DNA of 64,000 bases from an uncultured Actinomycetota bacterium. GTDB taxonomy: Bacteria; Actinomycetota; Actinomycetes; S36-B12; UBA10799. Below, in pieces: positions 58,227-64,000 of this stretch. The translations under genes were made by a program, and so were the position numbers. Every line of letters starts with the position of its first letter. Position 1 is the stretch's first letter. The stretch is from contig CAVTCZ010000019.1 of NCBI GenBank assembly GCA_963733395.1, positions 482,715-546,714 on the forward strand, written 5' to 3'. The notes under the pieces were generated by a model. It saw only the letters and a list, made by a program, of their open reading frames with translations. It searched no databases and was not told where the DNA came from.

Positions 58227-58586
58227 GGGTTCGACAGTACCGGCAGCCCGCCTCCCGCCGGGCGCCCACCACGGCATTCGCGGCCGATTACACGTCTTTG
58301 ACAATGTCCGAACGCCCAACCACTGGTTACCTCCGCACCGGGTGGCGATGCTGGTACCAGTAGGGGTGTAGCACAAGGAGAGGGTTACCGTGAGTTCTGT
58401 CGTGGACCATGAGGAGTCGCAGATGTCGCAGGATGACGTGCCGGGCGGGTCGGTACCGCCGCCTGACCCCGAGTCGTCGCAGCAGCCGGTCGACTCCGGC
58501 GCGCCTGCCGACCCGCGTGACCGTACCCCGACCAGGCAGCCACCCAGGCCCCGTACACCTGGCCGGCGCCGGACTACAGCACGCAG

Positions 58587-59834
58587 GTGCTCGACCCGGA
58601 TGCCAACCCGGCCTACGGTCAGGCGCAGCAGACCACCGCGTACCCGGGCTACCAGTACCCGCAGCCCGAACAGCCACCGCAGCAGCCGGCCGACCAATGG
58701 CCGGCGACCGGCGCGGACGGCTACCTTCCGCCGCCGCCCGGGGTGACCCCGCAGACAGCGCTCCCCGCGCCCAAGTCCGGAGGTGCTGGCAAGTACATCG
58801 CCATCGCCGCCCTGACCGGCCTGCTGGCCGGCGTCGGCGGCGGCGCCCTCGGCTACCAGCTCGCCGAGGGGTCCAGTCCGTCATCGACGGTCACGGTCAA
58901 CTCCCCGAGCAACCCGGAGGCGCTGTCGCCGCGGGCCGACGGTTCCGTTGCCGCGATCGCTGAAGCGGTCCTGCCCAGCGTGGTGTCACTCTCGGTTTCC
59001 GGCAACGGTGAGTCCGGTACCGGATCCGGGTTCGTGGTCACCGAGGACGGCTACATCCTCACCAACAACCATGTGATCGAGGCAGCCGCCGACAGCGGCA
59101 GCATCGAGGTGGTCCTCAAGGACGGCAGCCGGTTCGACGGAACCCTGGTCGGCCGCAACGCTGACTACGACCTCGCGGTGGTGAAGATCGACAAGACCGG
59201 CCTCACGCCGGTGTCGATCGGCGACTCGGGTGCCGTGACGGTCGGCGACCAGGTGATCGCCATCGGTTCCCCGCTCGGTCTCGAGGGCACCGTGACCACC
59301 GGCATCGTGAGCGCACTCGACCGCCCGGTGACCGCCGGTGGTTCCGCCGGTGGTGAAACCTCGTTCATCAACGCGATCCAGACCGACGCCGCGATCAACC
59401 CGGGCAACTCCGGTGGGCCACTGGTCAACGCGGAGGGCCAGGTGATCGGCGTCAACTCCGCCATCGCCTCGCTCGGATCGAGCGCCGGCGGTCAGTCCGG
59501 CAGCATCGGGCTCGGGTTCGCCATCCCGATGAACACGGCCAACCGGATCGCGCGGGAGATCATCGACACAGGGACCTCGGCGACCCCGATCATCGGCGCC
59601 GAGATCGACTTCAACTACTCGGGGCAGGGTGCGCGGGTGCAGACCGTCACCCCGGACGGGCCGGCGGCCAATGCCGGACTGGCCGACGGTGATGTCATCG
59701 TCGCGGTCAACGGGCAGCGGGTGGATGACGCGGTGGCCCTGATCACCGACATCCGGAAGAACGCCCCTGGCGACGAGATCACCCTGACGTTGGAGAGCGG
59801 CAAGGAGATCAAGGTCACGCTCGGCCAACGCTGA
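58587..59834 (+). CDS. htrA: HtrA/DegP-family serine protease with PDZ domain
   Basis: Contains TNNHVI, DLAVVK and GNSGGPL, plus a PDZ domain, a TM anchor and a Pro/Gln/Tyr-rich N-terminus. A probable longer N-terminus starts at GTG 58390 (RBS AAGGAGAGGG) and is reachable only through a frame change at about 58515. Confidence 0.88.
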   Translation: MLDPDANPAYGQAQQTTAYPGYQYPQPEQPPQQPADQWPATGADGYLPPPPGVTPQTALPAPKSGGAGKYIAIAALTGLLAGVGGGALGYQLAEGSSPSSTVTVNSPSNPEALSPRADGSVAAIAEAVLPSVVSLSVSGNGESGTGSGFVVTEDGYILTNNHVIEAAADSGSIEVVLKDGSRFDGTLVGRNADYDLAVVKIDKTGLTPVSIGDSGAVTVGDQVIAIGSPLGLEGTVTTGIVSALDRPVTAGGSAGGETSFINAIQTDAAINPGNSGGPLVNAEGQVIGVNSAIASLGSSAGGQSGSIGLGFAIPMNTANRIAREIIDTGTSATPIIGAEIDFNYSGQGARVQTVTPDGPAANAGLADGDVIVAVNGQRVDDAVALITDIRKNAPGDEITLTLESGKEIKVTLGQR

Positions 59835-59848
59835 CGTACCCTGTAGAG

Positions 59849-60157
59849 GTGTTCGACATCGGCCTGGGCGAGGTACTGGTCCTGGGACTGCTCGCCCTGC
59901 TGGTGTTCGGGCCGGATCGACTGCCCGGTGCCGCCGCCAGCGCCGGCCGGTTCGTCAACAAGACCCGGCAGACCCTCACGGAGGCACGCTCGCACATCTC
60001 GGACTCGGCGGACCTCAGTTCTGTGGGTCAGGACCTGCAGTCCCTCGCCGACCTGCACCCGAAGCGGATGCTGTCGTCGCTGACCGACCCGGTCGAGGCG
60101 CCCAAGGCCAAACCGGTAGCCCCCGCATCGTCGCCGATCGACCCGAACGCCACCTGA
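59849..60157 (+). CDS. tatB: twin-arginine translocase subunit TatB
   Basis: (M)FDIGLGEVLVLGLLALLVFGPDRLP. Confidence 0.88.
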   Translation: MFDIGLGEVLVLGLLALLVFGPDRLPGAAASAGRFVNKTRQTLTEARSHISDSADLSSVGQDLQSLADLHPKRMLSSLTDPVEAPKAKPVAPASSPIDPNAT

Positions 60158-60180
60158 CGTCACCCGTCGGGGATGCCCGT

Positions 60181-60300
60181 CGAGTGTTGCGCGGTTGTCG
60201 TGCCGCGAGTGCGAGTGTTGCACGGTTGCTGGTTTCCGGGGCTCGAAACCAGCAACCGCGCAACACTCGCGGCGGGTCACCAGCAACCGCGCAACACTCG
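60181..60300. repeat. nested double-hairpin element, family C, copy 2
   Basis: Units cgagtgttgcgcggttgtcgtg (60181-) and cgagtgttgcacggttgctggtttc (60212-). They are followed by inverted gaaaccagcaaccgcgcaacactcg (60245-) and caccagcaaccgcgcaacactcg (60278-60300). The inner stem matches at 24 of 25 positions. Confidence 0.85.
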
Positions 60301-60385
60301 GGCCACGACCCGTCGGGAACGAGGGGAGCGGTGGCGTGCGGCCCCGCCCACATCCGAAGCCCGGCGTCGTCCCGGCCGGCGACCC

Positions 60386-61516
60386 TCAGGAACGTACCGG
60401 TGAGATCCCGAGATTCAGACCGGCCAGCCCGCGCGGCTTGGCGGCGAAGCCCTCGGCGATCTGCACGATGGCCTGCGCCGCCGGAGCGTCCGGGGCATCC
60501 AGCACCAGTGGCCGGCCGTTGTCTCCGCCTTCGCGCAGCCGGACGTCGAACGGGATCTTGCCGAGCAGCGGCACGTCGGAGCCCAGAGATGCGCTGAGTT
60601 GCTTCGAGACGATCTCGCCGCCGCCGGAGCCGAAGAGGTCGGTCGGCTCGCCGCAGTGGGGGCAGGGGAAGGCGCTCATGTTCTCCACGACACCCATGAC
60701 CCGCTGATTGGTGTACTCGCTGAGCATCCCGGCGCGGACGGCCACCTCCGCGGCTGCCACCTGCGGGGTCGTGACCACGAGGATCTCCGCACGCGGCAGC
60801 AACTGGGCTACCGAGATGGCGACGTCCCCGGTGCCCGGTGGCAGGTCGAGCAGCAGCCAGTCCAGGTCGCCCCAGTAGACGTCGGTCAGGAACTGGTTGA
60901 GAGCCCGGTGCAGCATCGGCCCGCGGAAAGCCACAGCCTGGCTGCTGCCGCCGGACTTGAACGGCAGCACCGAGATGGTGGCGACCCCGTACACCTGTGG
61001 CGGCATCAGCATGCCCTCCACCACGGTCGGCGGGGTGGTCACGCCGAGCAGGCGCGGGATCGAGTGGCCGTAGATGTCGGCGTCGATGAGGCCCACCTTG
61101 TTGCCCATGGCTGCCAGTTGCACGGCCAGGTTGGCCGTCACCGAACTCTTGCCCACGCCGCCCTTGCCCGAGGCCACGGCGATGATCTTCGTCAGGTTGC
61201 CGGGCCGGTCGAACGGGTTCTCCTTCTGCGGGCCCTGCAGCATCTCGCGCAGGCCCTTGCGCTGCTCCTCGCTCATCACGTCGAAGGCGAGTTCGACCCG
61301 GCTGACCCCGGGGACCGCGGCCACCGCCTGCTGCACCCGTTCGGAGATCGTGTTCTGCATGGGGCATGCCGCGATCGTCAGATAGACCTCGAGGTGAACT
61401 ACACCGTCAGGGTCCACGGTCACGGACTTGACCATTCCGAGGTCGGTGATCGGACGGCGGATCTCCGGGTCCTCGACCGTGGCGAGTGCAGCCATGATTG
61501 CGTCGGTGGCGGGCAT
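60386..61516 (-). CDS. apbC: Mrp/ApbC Fe-S cluster carrier ATPase
   Basis: N-terminal DUF59-like domain, then ASGKGGVGKSS and the CPHCG motif. Confidence 0.92.
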   Translation of the reverse strand: MPATDAIMAALATVEDPEIRRPITDLGMVKSVTVDPDGVVHLEVYLTIAACPMQNTISERVQQAVAAVPGVSRVELAFDVMSEEQRKGLREMLQGPQKENPFDRPGNLTKIIAVASGKGGVGKSSVTANLAVQLAAMGNKVGLIDADIYGHSIPRLLGVTTPPTVVEGMLMPPQVYGVATISVLPFKSGGSSQAVAFRGPMLHRALNQFLTDVYWGDLDWLLLDLPPGTGDVAISVAQLLPRAEILVVTTPQVAAAEVAVRAGMLSEYTNQRVMGVVENMSAFPCPHCGEPTDLFGSGGGEIVSKQLSASLGSDVPLLGKIPFDVRLREGGDNGRPLVLDAPDAPAAQAIVQIAEGFAAKPRGLAGLNLGISPVRS

Positions 61517-61578
61517 GGCTCAATGGTACGTGGCGGCCCGGGTCTGGCTTCGGGGCGCAGTGCCGGTCACCGTGCGAC

Positions 61579-62043
61579 TCAGGCCTCGTCCTCGAGTTCG
61601 TCCATGAGTGCCCGCAACTCCCGGCGCAGGTAGTCCCGGGTGACGACCTCGCCGAGGCCGATGCGCAGTGCGGCGATCTCCCTGGCGAGGTACTCGGTGT
61701 CTGCGATCAGCCGCTCGGTGCGCTCCCGGTCCTCCTTGATCTGGACCCGGTCACGGTCGTCCTGCCGGTTCTGCGCGAGCAGGATCAGGGGTGCGGCGTA
61801 CGACGCCTGCAGGCTCAACAAGAGAGTGAGGAAGATGAAGGGGTAGGGGTCGGCCGGATCGATGGCGACGATGTTGAAGACGACCCAGGCCAGGATCATC
61901 GCCGTCATCCAGGCGATGAACCGCCACGAGCCCAGGAAGCGGGCCACACCCTCCGACACCCGTCCGAAGGTCTCGGGGTTGTAGCTGCGCCGGATCGACG
62001 GCCGGCCCCGGGTCGGTTGGTCCAGGCCGCTGCGGTCACTCAT
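61579..62043 (-). CDS. DUF1003 membrane protein
   Basis: Two TMs plus a C-terminal coiled coil. The ATG overlaps the upstream gene's end (ATGAGTGA). Confidence 0.75.
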   Translation of the reverse strand: MSDRSGLDQPTRGRPSIRRSYNPETFGRVSEGVARFLGSWRFIAWMTAMILAWVVFNIVAIDPADPYPFIFLTLLLSLQASYAAPLILLAQNRQDDRDRVQIKEDRERTERLIADTEYLAREIAALRIGLGEVVTRDYLRRELRALMDELEDEA

Positions 62044-63280
62044 CGGAGGCACCCGTGGACTCGCGCCAGTTGTCGCCGAGCAGGTGGTCCAGCAGGTCGT
62101 CGACCGTGACCGTGCCCAAGAGGTGGTTGTCCTGGTCCACGATCGGCACCGCCACCAGGTTGTAGGCGGCGAAGTACCGGGTCACTTGTGCCAGGGGGGT
62201 TTCGGGCGGCAAGGGTTCGAGGTCCTTGTCGACGACCCGGGAGACGAGGTCACTGGGCGGCTCGCGCAAGAGGCGTTGCCAGTGGACCACTCCGAGGAAC
62301 TTGCCGGTGGGCGTCTGCATCGGCGGGCGCACGACGTAGACCTGCGAGGCCAGCGCCGGGGAGAGGTCGGGGTTGCGGATCTGCGCCAGCGCCTCGGCGA
62401 CCGTCGCGTCCGCACCCACGATCACCGGGTCCGGGCTCATCATGCCGCCGGCTGAGAACTCGTCGTAGACCAGCAAGCGGCGCAGGTCCTCGGCGTCCTC
62501 GGGTTCGACCAGGGCCAGCAGGGCCAGGGCCTGCTCCGGGGACAGGTCGCTGAGGAGGTCGACTGCGTCGTCGGGATCCATCTCCTCCAGCACGTCGGCG
62601 GCGCGTTCGGACTCCAGCGCGATCATGATCTGGACCGCGTCGTGTTCGGCCATCTCCTCGAGCACATCGGCCAGGCGCTCGTCGTCCAGCGCCCGTGCGA
62701 TCTCCAGTCGCCGCTTCTCCGGCAGGTCGTGCAGGGCGCTCGCGACGTCGGCCGGGCGCATCTCCGCCAGTGTCTCCAGCATCGTCTCGGTGGCCTGGTC
62801 CGTCTCGGTCGCGCTGGGGCCGAGCAGTTCGCTCCAGGCCACCACCCGGGTCTGCCCTCGTCGGGCCAGGCCGCGGCTGGCGCTGCGCACGTAGGCCTGT
62901 GTGATCTCCCAGTCGCGGCGGGCGTTCTGCTGCATCGCCAGGTCGAGGATCTTCACGCGCTCGCCGGAACCGCGCAACTCCACACTCCGGTCGAACAACT
63001 CCCCGACCGCCAGGGTCTCGGTGGGCCGCAGTCGGAACCGGCGCAGATCCAGCACGCCGGTGGTGACGATCTGACCGACATCGACCTTCGTCACCCGGGT
63101 GATGGGCAGGAAGATCCGCCGCCGGGCACCCACTTCCACCACGAGGCCGACCAGCCGCGGAGGCAGCGAGCCGTGCCCGAGGATGAGGACGAAGTCGCGG
63201 ACCTTGCCCAACTGCTCACCGTTGGGGTCGAACACCGCCGACCCTCGCAGGCGGGCGATGAAGGCACGCGTCACCGTCAC
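62036..63280 (-). CDS. soluble MgtE-N + CBS-pair protein (no transporter TM domain)
   Basis: 414 aa. The acidic MgtE intracellular-N repeats (ADVLEEMDPDDAVDLL) are followed by tandem CBS domains. Rv1232c-like position. Confidence 0.78.
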   Translation of the reverse strand: MTVTRAFIARLRGSAVFDPNGEQLGKVRDFVLILGHGSLPPRLVGLVVEVGARRRIFLPITRVTKVDVGQIVTTGVLDLRRFRLRPTETLAVGELFDRSVELRGSGERVKILDLAMQQNARRDWEITQAYVRSASRGLARRGQTRVVAWSELLGPSATETDQATETMLETLAEMRPADVASALHDLPEKRRLEIARALDDERLADVLEEMAEHDAVQIMIALESERAADVLEEMDPDDAVDLLSDLSPEQALALLALVEPEDAEDLRRLLVYDEFSAGGMMSPDPVIVGADATVAEALAQIRNPDLSPALASQVYVVRPPMQTPTGKFLGVVHWQRLLREPPSDLVSRVVDKDLEPLPPETPLAQVTRYFAAYNLVAVPIVDQDNHLLGTVTVDDLLDHLLGDNWRESTGASDE

Positions 63281-63385
63281 TTGCGCAGGCTATCGCCCGC
63301 TGGCGGTGGGGTCACGGGCATTCGTCGGGCCCGTTGGGTAGCGTGTCGACGGTAGAGGTCCATCACAACGGAGGCGGTTGGCGCC

Positions 63386-64000
63386 ATGCGCGTGGCAATG
63401 TTCACAGCGGGAGTACTGGTCCTGGCGGCCGCTGCCGGTTGTTCGAGTTCGGACAGTGGGACGGGGGAATCCGCGTCGCCGGGGGCCTCCGCGACGGAGT
63501 CGGCCTCGCCGGCGGAGACCGGCCAACCCGCTGGGAAGCCCAACGGGGTCGAGGAGCTCGGGCCCAAGCAGATCCTCAAGCAGGCGAACGCGGCCGCCAT
63601 GAGTGCCCGCAGCGTGCACATCATCGGTGAGAGCCCGCAGGCATCACTGGATCTGGTGGTCACGAAGGACTCAAGTGACGGCAAGCGCACCGCCGGAGAC
63701 ACCACTCTGCAGACCCGGGTGGTGGACGGAGTCATCTACATCAAGGCCGATGAGGCCTACTGGACCCAGGCCTTCAACGCGAAGAAGGCGAAGAAGATCG
63801 GGACGAAGTGGGTCGCCGGGGAGTTGAGCAACCCCAAACTCAAGTCCTTCAAGCAGACCAGCACCATGGGGCCGCTGATGCGGCAGTTCCTGCAATCCGA
63901 CGACTCGGCCACTGTCGGGGAGGTCGGTGTGGCGCTGGGTCAGCCAGCCGTGCCACTGACCCAGACCGTGGGCACGCTGTGGGTGGCCACGACCGGCAAG
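63386..64000 (+). CDS. lipoprotein, 5' part (runs off the window)
   Basis: RBS ACGGAGG then ATG 63386. Lipobox VLAAAAGC and a Ser/Pro/Ala linker. The frame is open to the window end, so it is absent from the ORF track. Confidence 0.7.
   Translation, partial: MRVAMFTAGVLVLAAAAGCSSSDSGTGESASPGASATESASPAETGQPAGKPNGVEELGPKQILKQANAAAMSARSVHIIGESPQASLDLVVTKDSSDGKRTAGDTTLQTRVVDGVIYIKADEAYWTQAFNAKKAKKIGTKWVAGELSNPKLKSFKQTSTMGPLMRQFLQSDDSATVGEVGVALGQPAVPLTQTVGTLWVATTGK

Noticed and set aside
58280-58330. ECF (SigE-type) promoter upstream of htrA
   Set aside because: Only CCGAAC ... GTT is present, with spacing of about 12 nt. This does not fit GGAAC-N16-17-GTT.
1-64000. rRNA genes, tRNA genes, transposases, integrases or prophage genes
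   Set aside because: No tRNA-like T-arm or acceptor patterns, no rRNA-like stretches, and no transposase, integrase or phage structural motifs were seen on either strand. The DUF222-HNH gene alone does not make a mobile element.

Overview
High-GC (about 70% by eye) actinobacterial chromosomal segment. It is densely packed with housekeeping genes and colinear with the M. tuberculosis Rv1080c-Rv1232c backbone: greA, mca, Z-prenyl synthase, phoH2, fumarase, xseAB, ispH, ychF, then mshB, fdx, dapC, gltA, dapD, dapE, LOG, folP, DUF3117, pepA, O-methyltransferase, htrA, tatB, mrp, DUF1003 and MgtE-N/CBS. I call about 75 protein genes. I found no rRNA, tRNA, CRISPR array or transposase by eye. I did not find an obvious new multi-gene defence or mobile system. 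Observations worth a second look: (1) A peptide ABC-transporter operon (34.9-40.7 kb) is readable only by switching frame about 26 times within about 4.8 kb, and eight other conserved genes each carry one frame problem. These are mostly single-base insertions with no other decay, so the likely cause is a poorly polished assembly patch rather than old pseudogenes. (2) Eight intergenic loci carry palindromic or repeat elements from five sequence families. Three families (C, D and, more loosely, B) share a nested double-hairpin layout [u1][u2]-loop-[u2'][u1'], and five loci sit between convergent genes. (3) An ABC-2 permease is translationally coupled to an ABC 'ATPase' that has lost all four catalytic motifs. 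(4) Three tandem secreted SLT-like paralogs are present, the middle one behind a roughly 295-nt GC-rich leader. (5) sigE-rseA is absent from its conserved slot upstream of htrA. (6) A variable island lies at 23.1-30.6 kb, with a RelE/YefM pair, a hydrolase remnant and a DUF222-HNH gene. Coordinates of starts are best guesses, using the ORF-track frames plus RBS and overlap logic.
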